A DNA stretch of 64,000 bases, taken from the NCBI RefSeq assembly GCF_011045215.1, contig NZ_CP049201.1. One strand, written 5' to 3'. The notes below the pieces were generated by a model, which saw only the letters and a list, made by a program, of their open reading frames with translations, had not been told where the DNA came from and did not search any database. This stretch comes from Escherichia coli (GTDB taxonomy: Bacteria > Pseudomonadota > Gammaproteobacteria > Enterobacterales > Enterobacteriaceae). Shown piece after piece: positions 27,406 through 38,336 of the stretch (the first letter of the stretch is position 1; the number at the start of each line of letters is the position of its first letter). The position numbers and the translations under genes were made by a program.

Positions 27406-29703
27406 ATGAAATGGCTATGTTCAGTAGGAATCGCGGTGAGTCTGGCCCTGCAGCCAGCACTGGCGGATGATTTATTCGGTAACCATCCATTAACGCCTGA
27501 AGCGCGGGATGCGTTCGTCACCGAACTGCTTAAGAAAATGACAGTTGATGAGAAAATTGGTCAGCTGCGCTTAATCAGCGTCGGCCCGGATAACCCGAAA
27601 GAGGCGATCCGCGAGATGATCAAAGACGGTCAGGTTGGGGCGATTTTCAACACCGTAACCCGTCAGGATATCCGCGCCATGCAGGATCAGGTGATGGAAT
27701 TAAGCCGCCTGAAAATTCCTCTTTTCTTTGCTTACGACGTGCTGCACGGTCAGCGCACGGTGTTCCCGATTAGCCTCGGTCTGGCCTCGTCTTTTAACCT
27801 CGATGCAGTGAAAACGGTCGGACGTGTCTCTGCTTATGAAGCGGCAGATGATGGCCTGAATATGACCTGGGCACCGATGGTCGATGTCTCGCGCGATCCG
27901 CGCTGGGGACGTGCTTCCGAAGGTTTTGGCGAAGATACGTATCTCACCTCAATAATGGGTAAAACCATGGTGGAAGCGATGCAGGGTAAAAGCCCGGCAG
28001 ATCGCTACTCGGTGATGACCAGCGTCAAACACTTTGCCGCATACGGTGCGGTAGAAGGCGGTAAAGAGTACAACACCGTCGATATGAGTCCGCAGCGCCT
28101 GTTTAATGATTATATGCCGCCGTACAAAGCGGGGCTGGACGCAGGCAGCGGCGCGGTGATGGTGGCGCTGAACTCGCTGAACGGCACGCCAGCCACCTCC
28201 GATTCCTGGCTGCTGAAAGATGTTCTGCGCGACCAGTGGGGTTTTAAAGGCATCACCGTTTCCGATCACGGTGCAATCAAAGAGCTGATTAAACATGGCA
28301 CGGCGGCAGACCCGGAAGATGCGGTGCGCGTGGCGCTGAAATCCGGAATCAACATGAGTATGAGCGACGAGTATTACTCGAAGTATCTGCCTGGGTTGAT
28401 CAAATCCGGCAAAGTGACGATGGAAGAGCTGGACGATGCTGCCCGCCATGTACTGAACGTTAAATATGATATGGGATTGTTTAACGACCCATACAGCCAT
28501 TTGGGGCCGAAAGAGTCTGACCCGGTGGATACCAATGCCGAAAGCCGCCTGCACCGCAAAGAAGCGCGTGAAGTGGCGCGCGAAAGCCTGGTGTTGCTGA
28601 AAAACCGTCTCGAAACGTTACCGCTGAAAAAATCCGCCACCATTGCGGTGGTTGGCCCGCTGGCGGACAGTAAACGTGACGTGATGGGCAGCTGGTCCGC
28701 AGCCGGTGTCGCCGATCAATCTGTTACTGTGCTAACAGGGATTAAAAATGCCGTCGGTGAAAACGGTAAAGTGCTGTATGCCAAAGGGGCGAACGTTACC
28801 AGTGACAAAGGCATTATCGATTTCCTGAATCAGTATGAAGAAGCGGTCAAAGTCGATCCGCGTTCGCCGCAAGAGATGATTGATGAAGCGGTGCAGACGG
28901 CGAAACAATCTGATGTGGTGGTGGCTGTGGTCGGTGAAGCTCAGGGGATGGCGCACGAAGCTTCCAGCCGTACCGATATTACTATTCCGCAAAGCCAACG
29001 TGACTTGATTGCGGCGCTGAAAGCCACCGGTAAACCGCTGGTGCTGGTGCTGATGAACGGGCGTCCGCTGGCGCTGGTGAAAGAAGATCAGCAGGCTGAT
29101 GCGATTCTGGAAACCTGGTTTGCGGGGACTGAAGGCGGTAATGCAATTGCCGATGTATTGTTTGGCGATTACAACCCGTCCGGCAAGCTGCCGATGTCCT
29201 TCCCGCGTTCTGTCGGGCAGATCCCGGTGTACTACAGCCATCTGAACACCGGTCGTCCGTATAATGCCGACAAGCCGAACAAATACACTTCGCGTTATTT
29301 TGATGAAGCTAACGGGGCGCTTTATCCGTTCGGCTATGGTCTGAGCTATACCACTTTCACCGTCTCTGATGTGAAACTTTCTGCGCCGACCATGAAGCGT
29401 GACGGCAAAGTGACGGCCAGCGTGCAGGTGACGAACACCGGTAAACGCGAAGGGGCCACGGTAGTGCAGATGTACTTGCAGGATGTGACGGCTTCCATGA
29501 GCCGTCCAGTGAAGCAGCTGAAAGGCTTTGAGAAAATCACCTTGAAGCCGGGCGAAACTCAGACCGTCAGCTTCCCGATTGATATCGAGGCGCTGAAGTT
29601 CTGGAATCAACAGATGAAATATGACGCCGAGCCTGGCAAGTTCAATGTCTTTATCGGCACTGATTCCGCACGCGTTAAGAAAGGCGAGTTTGAGTTGCTG
29701 TAA
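27406..29703 (+). CDS. bglX: Periplasmic beta-glucosidase (GH3)
   Basis: Internal start MKWLCSVGIAVSLALQPALA (signal peptide) gives 765 aa; GH3 architecture. Confidence 0.85.
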   Translation: MKWLCSVGIAVSLALQPALADDLFGNHPLTPEARDAFVTELLKKMTVDEKIGQLRLISVGPDNPKEAIREMIKDGQVGAIFNTVTRQDIRAMQDQVMELSRLKIPLFFAYDVLHGQRTVFPISLGLASSFNLDAVKTVGRVSAYEAADDGLNMTWAPMVDVSRDPRWGRASEGFGEDTYLTSIMGKTMVEAMQGKSPADRYSVMTSVKHFAAYGAVEGGKEYNTVDMSPQRLFNDYMPPYKAGLDAGSGAVMVALNSLNGTPATSDSWLLKDVLRDQWGFKGITVSDHGAIKELIKHGTAADPEDAVRVALKSGINMSMSDEYYSKYLPGLIKSGKVTMEELDDAARHVLNVKYDMGLFNDPYSHLGPKESDPVDTNAESRLHRKEAREVARESLVLLKNRLETLPLKKSATIAVVGPLADSKRDVMGSWSAAGVADQSVTVLTGIKNAVGENGKVLYAKGANVTSDKGIIDFLNQYEEAVKVDPRSPQEMIDEAVQTAKQSDVVVAVVGEAQGMAHEASSRTDITIPQSQRDLIAALKATGKPLVLVLMNGRPLALVKEDQQADAILETWFAGTEGGNAIADVLFGDYNPSGKLPMSFPRSVGQIPVYYSHLNTGRPYNADKPNKYTSRYFDEANGALYPFGYGLSYTTFTVSDVKLSAPTMKRDGKVTASVQVTNTGKREGATVVQMYLQDVTASMSRPVKQLKGFEKITLKPGETQTVSFPIDIEALKFWNQQMKYDAEPGKFNVFIGTDSARVKKGEFELL

Positions 29704-29777
29704 TGCTTTAGCAAGGGCGCGACGTTTGCGCCCTTTGCCTGATGTTCATATCTTAACTTGCTGAATTTTCGCCCTTT

Positions 29778-29811
29778 GTAGGCCGGATAAGGCGCTCGCG
29801 CCGCATCCGGC
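29778..29811. repeat. REP element
   Basis: gtaggccggataaggcgctcgcgccgcatccggc downstream of bglX. Confidence 0.6.
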
Positions 29812-29954
29812 AGGAAACGCCGGACCGAATATGCCTCTTAAGTATTTATCTGATTCAGCAACTGAATCCGTCCGCTCAGGCTAACTCTGTCATTATCAAC
29901 TATGCTTTTCTCTTAATTCGCTGAAAACAACAGTAAAAGAATGAGGAAAGCATC

Positions 29955-30872
29955 ATGCCACTCTCAAAGGTCTGGGCAGGTTCACTGGTTATGTTGGCAG
30001 CCGTGAGCCTGCCGCTACAGGCAGCTTCTCCCGTTAAAGTCGGTTCAAAAATCGATACTGAAGGCGCGCTGCTCGGCAATATCATTTTGCAGGTACTGGA
30101 AAGCCACGGCGTACCGACGGTCAATAAAGTGCAACTCGGAACGACTCCTGTGGTGCGCGGGGCGATTACTTCCGGTGAACTGGATATCTATCCGGAATAT
30201 ACCGGTAATGGCGCTTTCTTCTTTAAAGATGAAAACGATGCGGCATGGAAAAACGCGCAGCAAGGTTACGAGAAAGTCAAAAAACTCGATGCAGAGCAAA
30301 ACAAGTTAATCTGGCTGACGCCCGCACCTGCAAATAACACCTGGACCATCGCCGTGCGTCAGGATGTGGCAGAGAAAAACAAACTCACTTCGCTTGCTGA
30401 CCTGAGTCGTTATCTGAAAGAGGGCGGCACCTTCAAACTGGCAGCCTCGGCAGAGTTTATCGAACGCGCCGATGCCTTACCCGCGTTTGAAAAAGCCTAT
30501 GGCTTTAAGCTCGGTCAGGATCAGTTGCTGTCACTGGCCGGCGGCGACACGGCGGTAACGATTAAAGCCGCTGCCCAACAAACATCCGGCGTTAATGCGG
30601 CGATGGCTTACGGTACCGACGGCCCGGTCGCGGCACTGGGGCTGCAAACCTTAAGCGATCCGCAAGGCGTGCAACCTATCTACGCGCCTGCGCCAGTGGT
30701 GCGTGAATCGGTGTTGAAGGAGTATCCGCAAATGGCACAGTGGCTACAGCCAGTCTTCGCCAGCCTCGATGAAAAGACGTTACAGCAACTGAATGCCAGT
30801 ATTGCCGTTGAAGGACTTGATGCCAAAAAAGTGGCTGCCGACTACCTGAAACAAAAAGGGTGGACGAAGTAA
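29955..30872 (+). CDS. osmF: Periplasmic glycine betaine/osmoprotectant-binding protein
   Basis: 305 aa with signal peptide; first gene of a four-gene ABC transporter cluster. Confidence 0.8.
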   Translation: MPLSKVWAGSLVMLAAVSLPLQAASPVKVGSKIDTEGALLGNIILQVLESHGVPTVNKVQLGTTPVVRGAITSGELDIYPEYTGNGAFFFKDENDAAWKNAQQGYEKVKKLDAEQNKLIWLTPAPANNTWTIAVRQDVAEKNKLTSLADLSRYLKEGGTFKLAASAEFIERADALPAFEKAYGFKLGQDQLLSLAGGDTAVTIKAAAQQTSGVNAAMAYGTDGPVAALGLQTLSDPQGVQPIYAPAPVVRESVLKEYPQMAQWLQPVFASLDEKTLQQLNASIAVEGLDAKKVAADYLKQKGWTK

Positions 30873-30878
30873 TTACCC

Positions 30879-32036
30879 GTGGCTTATTTCCGTATTAATC
30901 CTGTTCTGGCGCTGCTGCTGTTGCTGACGGCAATCGCAGCGGCGCTGCCGTTTATCAGTTACGCGCCTAATCGTTTAGTCTCGGGTGAGGGGCGTCATCT
31001 CTGGCAGCTGTGGCCGCAAACGATCTGGATGCTGGTGGGCATCGGTTGCGCCTGGCTGACAGCCTGTTTTATTCCCGCTAAAAAAGGCAGCATTTTTGCA
31101 CTCATTCTGGCGCAATTCGTCTTCGTATTGCTGGTGTGGGGAGCTGGAAAGGCGGCGACCCAACTGGCGCAAAATGGCAGTGCGCTGGCGCGTACCAGCC
31201 TCGGCAGTGGTTTCTGGCTGGCTGCGGCGCTGGCATTGCTGGCCTGTAGCGATGCCATCCGCCGAATCTCCACGCATCCGCTGTGGCGCTGGTTGTTGCA
31301 TATGCAGATTGCCATTATTCCGCTGTGGTTGCTGTACTCCGGTACGCTTAACGATCTCTCGCTAATGAAAGAATACGCTAACCGTCAGGATGTGTTTGAC
31401 GACGCGCTGGCACAACATCTGACGTTGCTATTTGGTGCGGTGCTGCCTGCGTTAGTGATTGGTGTGCCGTTGGGCATCTGGTGCTACTTTTCCACCGCGC
31501 GGCAGGGGGCGATTTTTTCTCTGCTCAATGTCATTCAGACCGTGCCTTCGGTGGCGCTATTTGGCCTGTTGATTGCGCCACTTGCCGCGCTGGTTACGGC
31601 CTTTCCGTGGCTCGGGAAGCTCGGCATAGCAGGAACCGGAATGACACCCGCACTGATTGCGCTGGTGCTCTATGCCTTGCTGCCGCTGGTGCGCGGCGTG
31701 GTAGTCGGCTTGAACCAGATCCCGCGCGATGTGCTGGAGAGCGCCAGAGCGATGGGCATGAGCGGGGCGCAGCGTTTCCTGCATGTTCAGTTACCACTGG
31801 CGTTACCGGTATTTCTGCGCAGCCTGCGGGTGGTAATGGTGCAAACTGTAGGCATGGCGGTGATTGCGGCGTTAATCGGCGCAGGCGGGTTTGGTGCGCT
31901 GGTTTTCCAGGGGCTGCTAAGCAGCGCCATTGATTTAGTGTTGCTGGGGGTGATCCCGGTAATTGTCCTGGCGGTGCTGATCGATGCGCTGTTCGATTTA
32001 CTTATCACACTGTTGAAGGTGAAACGTAATGATTGA
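30879..32036 (+). CDS. yehY: Osmoprotectant ABC transporter permease
   Basis: 385 aa polytopic membrane protein; 8 nt overlap with yehX. Confidence 0.8.
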   Translation: MAYFRINPVLALLLLLTAIAAALPFISYAPNRLVSGEGRHLWQLWPQTIWMLVGIGCAWLTACFIPAKKGSIFALILAQFVFVLLVWGAGKAATQLAQNGSALARTSLGSGFWLAAALALLACSDAIRRISTHPLWRWLLHMQIAIIPLWLLYSGTLNDLSLMKEYANRQDVFDDALAQHLTLLFGAVLPALVIGVPLGIWCYFSTARQGAIFSLLNVIQTVPSVALFGLLIAPLAALVTAFPWLGKLGIAGTGMTPALIALVLYALLPLVRGVVVGLNQIPRDVLESARAMGMSGAQRFLHVQLPLALPVFLRSLRVVMVQTVGMAVIAALIGAGGFGALVFQGLLSSAIDLVLLGVIPVIVLAVLIDALFDLLITLLKVKRND

Positions 32037-32955
32037 ATTTAGCCATGTCAGCAAACTGTTTGGCGCACAAAAAGCCGTTAACGATCTCAATCTCAATTTT
32101 CAGGAAGGGAGTTTTTCGGTGCTGATTGGCACATCTGGCTCCGGCAAATCCACCACCCTGAAAATGATTAACCGCCTGGTGGAGCATGACAGCGGAGAGA
32201 TCCGCTTTGCCGGAGAAGAAATTCGCTCGCTGCCAGTACTGGAGTTGCGCCGCCGTATGGGCTATGCCATTCAATCTATTGGCCTGTTTCCCCACTGGAG
32301 CGTGGCACAAAACATTGCCACCGTGCCGCAATTACAAAAATGGTCGCGGGCGAGGATTGACGATCGTATCGACGAATTAATGGCGCTACTGGGGCTGGAG
32401 TCAAATTTACGTGAGCGTTATCCACATCAGCTTTCCGGTGGTCAGCAGCAACGTGTGGGAGTGGCGCGTGCACTGGCTGCCGATCCGCAAGTCTTACTGA
32501 TGGATGAACCTTTTGGCGCACTGGACCCGGTAACGCGCGGCGCGTTGCAACAAGAGATGACGCGCATTCACCGTTTGCTGGGGCGCACTATTGTGCTGGT
32601 CACTCATGATATTGATGAGGCGCTACGGCTGGCAGAACATCTGGTATTGATGGATCACGGTGAAGTGGTGCAGCAGGGGAATCCGCTGACGATGCTGACT
32701 CGTCCGGCGAATGATTTTGTCCGCCAGTTTTTTGGACGTAGTGAACTGGGTGTGCGCCTGCTTTCGTTACGTAGTGTGGCGGATTACGTGCGTCGCGAAG
32801 AACAAGCAGAAGGTGAGGCACTGGCAGAAGAGATGACGCTACGCGATGCGCTCTCTCTGTTTGTCGCGCGGGGATGCGAGGTGCTGCCGGTGGTGAACAC
32901 GCAGGGCCAGCCTTGCGGCACGCTGCATTTTCAGGATCTGCTGGTGGAGGCGTAA
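32029..32955 (+). CDS. yehX: Osmoprotectant ABC transporter ATP-binding protein
   Basis: Walker [10 protein letters not shown], signature LSGGQQQRV, Walker B LLMDEP. Confidence 0.85.
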   Translation: MIEFSHVSKLFGAQKAVNDLNLNFQEGSFSVLIGTSGSGKSTTLKMINRLVEHDSGEIRFAGEEIRSLPVLELRRRMGYAIQSIGLFPHWSVAQNIATVPQLQKWSRARIDDRIDELMALLGLESNLRERYPHQLSGGQQQRVGVARALAADPQVLLMDEPFGALDPVTRGALQQEMTRIHRLLGRTIVLVTHDIDEALRLAEHLVLMDHGEVVQQGNPLTMLTRPANDFVRQFFGRSELGVRLLSLRSVADYVRREEQAEGEALAEEMTLRDALSLFVARGCEVLPVVNTQGQPCGTLHFQDLLVEA

Positions 32956-32959
32956 GCGT

Positions 32960-33691
32960 ATGAAGATGTTGCGCGATCCGCTGTTCTGGCTCATTGCTTT
33001 GTTTGTGGCACTGATTTTCTGGCTGCCTTACAGCCAGCCGCTGTTTGCTGCCTTGTTCCCACAACTGCCACGACCCGTTTATCAGCAAGAAAGTTTTGCA
33101 GCTCTGGCACTGGCTCATTTCTGGCTGGTGGGAATTTCGAGTTTGTTTGCGGTGATCATTGGTACTGGTGCCGGAATTGCTGTCACTCGCCCGTGGGGCG
33201 CGGAATTTCGCCCACTGGTGGAAACTATTGCCGCCGTTGGACAGACTTTTCCGCCCGTCGCGGTGCTGGCGATCGCCGTTCCGGTGATCGGGTTTGGTCT
33301 GCAACCAGCGATTATCGCCTTGATCCTTTACGGTGTGCTGCCCGTCCTGCAGGCGACACTTGCCGGGCTGGGAGCGATTGATGCCAGCGTGACAGAAGTT
33401 GCGAAAGGTATGGGAATGAGTCGTGGTCAGCGACTGCGTAAGGTCGAGCTACCGCTGGCGGCTCCGGTGATTCTGGCGGGCGTGCGAACTTCGGTGATTA
33501 TCAACATTGGTACGGCGACGATCGCCTCAACGGTAGGGGCCAGCACGCTGGGTACGCCCATCATCATCGGGCTTAGCGGATTTAATACCGCGTATGTGAT
33601 CCAGGGGGCGTTACTGGTGGCACTGGCGGCGATCATCGCAGACCGCCTGTTTGAAAGGCTGGTGCAGGCGCTTAGCCAGCACGCAAAATAA
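32960..33691 (+). CDS. yehW: Osmoprotectant ABC transporter permease
   Basis: 243 aa membrane protein, completes the transporter. Confidence 0.8.
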
Positions 33692-33838
33692 AGGTATAAC
33701 CTGCGAGCATGACGCCACCAATTCCGCCTAACGCCATAAACAGGAACAGGGCGATGACCCCAATTTTAGCTATGCGCATAATGCACTCCTTATGTTAACG
33801 AAAGGATTGTACAGTAAAGCGCATTTGTTAACGAATCA

Positions 33839-34570
33839 TTAAATGCCGAGTGGGAAAATATCATAGCCTTGTTCTTGCCAACTGGTGAGTTGCTGTTGTT
33901 GGGCGGAGGTTCGATTTTCACCGCACCACACCAGCAATGTACGGCCTTCGAACAGTTCAGGGCGTAGTTGATTGAGCGAGTGGGCGAGGACATCAATGCG
34001 CCATCCTTGTTGACTGGCAATCCAGCCCTCCAGCCACAGACGGGTGGTATCGTGAATATTCCAGCCAACCACCAGCGCATCTTTACCCTGTTTTTTACGT
34101 GCCGAAGCCAGACAGATGGCGATGTAGTTGATCAGTACGCCGTCGAGGATCGCCAGCAGCGCCTGGAGAGTCGGTTGTTGGCACTGAAGCCGTCGGCGCA
34201 GAGGAATAAACAGATGCGTGGTGAGCGTCTGGGCGGGGTAATCCTGACCGCGCTCTTTGATCCACGTTCGCAGGCTATGCAGATTGCCGCTTTGCAAGTA
34301 AGTCAGTAATGTTTCTTGCTGATCGCGCCAGCCGTTCTGCACATCAACATTTTCATTACTGAGCAGCATTTTAACTTTGCTGACCTGCACGCCGTTGTCG
34401 ATCCAGCGTTTGATCTCGCGGATCCGGTCAATATCGGCATCGTTGAACAGCCGATGACCGCCGTCTGTCCGTTGCGGTTTCAGCAATCCGTAACGCCTCT
34501 GCCACGCGCGTAACGTGACAGGGTTAATATCACAAAGCAACGCCACTTCACCAATTGTGTAAAGCGCCAT
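33839..34570 (-). CDS. mlrA: MerR-family transcriptional regulator (curli/csgD regulator MlrA)
   Basis: N-terminal MerR HTH (MALYTIGEVALLCDINPVTLRAWQRRYGL); 243 aa. Confidence 0.8.
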   Translation of the reverse strand: MALYTIGEVALLCDINPVTLRAWQRRYGLLKPQRTDGGHRLFNDADIDRIREIKRWIDNGVQVSKVKMLLSNENVDVQNGWRDQQETLLTYLQSGNLHSLRTWIKERGQDYPAQTLTTHLFIPLRRRLQCQQPTLQALLAILDGVLINYIAICLASARKKQGKDALVVGWNIHDTTRLWLEGWIASQQGWRIDVLAHSLNQLRPELFEGRTLLVWCGENRTSAQQQQLTSWQEQGYDIFPLGI

Positions 34571-34791
34571 CGTCTCACCCTTGCTCGCGAGGTCCCGGTT
34601 TAACTTTAGACGCAGTTTTGCGAACCAGGTAGTTTTACCCGTTTTTTGTGCATCTATAGGGTGATTTTATTTTTGCCAGGCGATTTTGAGTGATCGTACT
34701 CACGAATTCTCATTTTTCTGCAAGAGTTCAAAGAAAGTTAAACGCAGGCAATGTATGTTACGCGTTTTAAAGGGAAGTGTGGTTTGCGGGT

Positions 34792-36477
34792 ATGTACGAT
34801 TTTAATCTGGTGTTGCTGCTGCTTCAGCAGATGTGCGTTTTTTTAGTCATTGCATGGTTAATGAGTAAAACGCCATTATTCATACCGTTAATGCAGGTCA
34901 CGGTTCGTCTGCCGCATAAATTTCTCTGCTACATCGTCTTTTCCATCTTCTGCATCATGGGCACCTGGTTTGGGTTGCACATTGACGATTCTATTGCCAA
35001 TACCCGTGCGATAGGCGCGGTAATGGGCGGCTTACTCGGCGGTCCGGTCGTCGGTGGGCTGGTTGGCCTGACCGGCGGGTTACATCGATATTCGATGGGG
35101 GGCATGACCGCGCTAAGTTGCATGATCTCGACCATCGTTGAAGGATTGCTCGGCGGCCTGGTACACAGCATCCTGATCCGTCGCGGGCGCACTGATAAAG
35201 TCTTTAACCCCATTACCGCTGGTGCCGTCACGTTCGTCGCTGAAATGGTGCAAATGCTGATCATCCTGGCGATCGCCCGACCTTATGAAGATGCGGTGCG
35301 TCTGGTGAGTAATATTGCTGCGCCAATGATGGTCACCAATACCGTCGGCGCGGCGCTGTTTATGCGTATATTGCTCGATAAACGCGCGATGTTTGAAAAA
35401 TACACTTCGGCTTTTTCTGCCACTGCGCTGAAAGTGGCAGCCTCGACGGAAGGCATTTTGCGCCAGGGGTTTAACGAAGTGAACAGCATGAAAGTGGCAC
35501 AGGTGCTGTATCAGGAGCTGGATATTGGTGCAGTCGCGATTACCGATCGAGAGAAATTGCTGGCCTTTACCGGAATTGGTGACGATCACCATTTACCCGG
35601 CAAACCGATTTCTTCGACTTACACCTTAAAAGCGATTGAAACCGGTGAAGTGGTCTACGCTGATGGCAACGAAGTACCTTATCGTTGCTCTTTGCATCCG
35701 CAATGCAAACTGGGGTCGACGCTGGTAATTCCGTTGCGTGGTGAAAATCAGCGGGTGATGGGCACCATCAAATTGTATGAAGCCAAAAACCGTTTATTTA
35801 GTTCAATCAACCGCACGTTGGGTGAGGGGATTGCGCAATTGCTTTCGGCGCAGATCCTTGCCGGGCAATATGAGCGGCAAAAAGCGATGCTCACCCAGTC
35901 AGAGATCAAACTGCTTCACGCCCAGGTGAATCCCCATTTTTTGTTTAATGCGCTTAACACCATTAAAGCGGTGATCCGCCGCGACAGCGAACAGGCCAGC
36001 CAGCTGGTGCAGTATCTTTCCACTTTTTTCCGCAAAAACTTAAAGCGGCCTTCGGAGTTTGTTACTCTCGCCGACGAAATTGAACATGTGAACGCTTATC
36101 TGCAAATTGAAAAGGCGCGCTTCCAGTCGCGGTTGCAGGTCAACATTGCTATTCCGCAAGAATTATCCCAGCAGCAATTGCCCGCGTTTACCCTGCAACC
36201 GATAGTGGAAAACGCCATTAAACATGGGACATCACAACTGCTGGATACAGGGCGAGTGGCAATCAGCGCCCGACGTGAGGGGCAACATTTGATGCTGGAG
36301 ATCGAAGACAATGCCGGTTTGTATCAACCGGTAACCAATGCCAGTGGGCTGGGGATGAATCTGGTGGATAAGCGTTTACGTGAACGGTTTGGCGATGACT
36401 ATGGGATAAGCGTCGCCTGTGAGCCTGATAGTTACACCCGAATAACGTTACGACTACCATGGAGGGACGAGGCATGA
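34792..36477 (+). CDS. btsS: LytS-type sensor histidine kinase (pyruvate-responsive BtsS)
   Basis: 5TM-LytS N-terminus, GAF-like middle and His-kinase region ([16 protein letters not shown]). Confidence 0.8.
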
Positions 36478-37193
36478 TTAAAGTCTTAATTGTCGATGAT
36501 GAACCGTTAGCACGGGAGAACCTGCGCGTATTTTTGCAGGAGCAGAGCGATATTGAAATCGTTGGAGAGTGTTCAAACGCCGTGGAAGGGATCGGCGCGG
36601 TGCATAAACTGCGCCCGGATGTGCTGTTTCTCGATATCCAGATGCCGCGCATCAGTGGTCTGGAAATGGTGGGGATGCTTGACCCGGAACATCGTCCGTA
36701 TATCGTTTTTCTCACCGCGTTTGACGAATACGCTATTAAAGCCTTTGAAGAACATGCCTTTGATTATCTGCTGAAGCCAATTGATGAAGCGCGACTGGAG
36801 AAAACGCTGGCGCGATTGCGTCAGGAGCGCAGCAAGCAGGATGTTTCGTTGTTACCGGAAAATCAACAGGCGCTGAAATTTATCCCTTGTACGGGGCATA
36901 GTCGGATTTATTTGCTGCAAATGAAAGATGTGGCATTTGTCAGCAGTCGGATGAGCGGTGTCTACGTTACCAGCCACGAAGGGAAAGAGGGCTTTACCGA
37001 ATTGACATTACGTACCCTGGAAAGTCGTACACCACTACTGCGCTGCCATCGTCAGTATCTGGTTAACCTCGCGCATTTACAGGAGATTCGTCTGGAAGAT
37101 AACGGCCAGGCCGAGTTGATTTTGCGTAATGGCTTAACCGTGCCGGTCAGCCGCCGTTATCTGAAAAGCTTAAAAGAGGCGATTGGCCTGTAA
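36474..37193 (+). CDS. btsR: LytTR-family response regulator (BtsR)
   Basis: Receiver domain ([11 protein letters not shown]...DIQMP) plus LytTR DNA-binding domain; ATGA start/stop overlap with btsS. Confidence 0.8.
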
Positions 37194-37239
37194 AAGACTG
37201 CTAAAATGGCTTTTTGCCTCATCAACACCTGAAGGCCTC

Positions 37240-37710
37240 ATGCTAAGTAACGATATTCTGCGCAGCGTGCGCTACATTTTGAAAGCCAATAATAATGACC
37301 TGGTGCGTATTCTGGCGCTGGGTAATGTCGAAGCCACCGCGGAACAGATCGCCGTCTGGCTACGTAAAGAAGACGAAGAGGGTTTTCAGCGTTGTCCGGA
37401 CATTGTTTTGTCGTCATTCCTCAATGGCCTGATTTATGAAAAACGCGGCAAGGATGAGTCTGCTCCGGCACTGGAGCCGGAACGTCGCATTAATAACAAC
37501 ATCGTGCTGAAAAAATTACGCATCGCGTTTTCGCTGAAAACCGATGACATTCTGGCGATCCTCACCGAACAGCAGTTCCGCGTTTCGATGCCGGAAATTA
37601 CAGCGATGATGCGCGCACCGGATCATAAAAACTTCCGCGAATGCGGCGATCAATTTTTACGTTATTTTCTGCGTGGACTGGCAGCGCGCCAGCATGTGAA
37701 GAAAAGCTAA
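37240..37710 (+). CDS. yehS: DUF1456 protein
   Basis: Internal start MLSNDILRSV... gives 156 aa (the K-12 YehS length); shows an internal duplication-like pattern. Confidence 0.6.
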   Translation: MLSNDILRSVRYILKANNNDLVRILALGNVEATAEQIAVWLRKEDEEGFQRCPDIVLSSFLNGLIYEKRGKDESAPALEPERRINNNIVLKKLRIAFSLKTDDILAILTEQQFRVSMPEITAMMRAPDHKNFRECGDQFLRYFLRGLAARQHVKKS

Positions 37711-37750
37711 GACGGGTATGGCGGCCATGCGAAACATGGCCGCCGACAGA

Positions 37751-38212
37751 TTATTTCACTTCTTTAAAACCAGCGGCTTTCATCACCTGTTCCATTTGCG
37801 CCATAGTGATACCTTTTTTGGCATCTTCAGCAGAAACGTTGATTCCTGAAATACCCTGCAGGGCTTTAAAATCCACTTTTTCCATATCGATAGTCACGTT
37901 TTCCTGCGCGTAGGTATCGGTATAGGTTAATTTTTCTTCAACACCCGCGATGTTTTTGTATTTGGCGCTTAACGGCTCAAGTGTCTTGGCAGCATCTTCT
38001 TTGGTGGTAGCACCAATGGAGGCAAATTGAATTTTGGTTTCAGAAGATTGCTTAAGCACCTTGTCACCTTTGTAGACATAGGTAATGGCAATTTCAGTGC
38101 CGTTCAGATTGGCGCTGAATTTCTTCGATTCTTCTTTGTCACCGCAGCCAGCAAGAGAGAAAACCAGAACAGATGCAACAACAAGGGAAAACAGCTTATT
38201 GAAAGCCTTCAT
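37751..38212 (-). CDS. yehR: Lipoprotein (DUF1307)
   Basis: Signal peptide with lipobox LAGC; 153 aa from internal start MKAFNK.... Confidence 0.65.
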   Translation of the reverse strand: MKAFNKLFSLVVASVLVFSLAGCGDKEESKKFSANLNGTEIAITYVYKGDKVLKQSSETKIQFASIGATTKEDAAKTLEPLSAKYKNIAGVEEKLTYTDTYAQENVTIDMEKVDFKALQGISGINVSAEDAKKGITMAQMEQVMKAAGFKEVK

Positions 38213-38336
38213 GTAAAACTCCATTTTATTTAATCAAGGAACTGGTGACTCTCACCAGGGGCTATATAGGATATGCCTAATACCGTGGCGTGAGCAGTCC
38301 GGAACTGGAGTAGAACTCTTAGTAAAAAGCACTATT

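Noticed and set aside
28732-29610. 292-aa minus-strand ORF
   Set aside because: It is antisense within bglX; an Arg/His-rich shadow frame.
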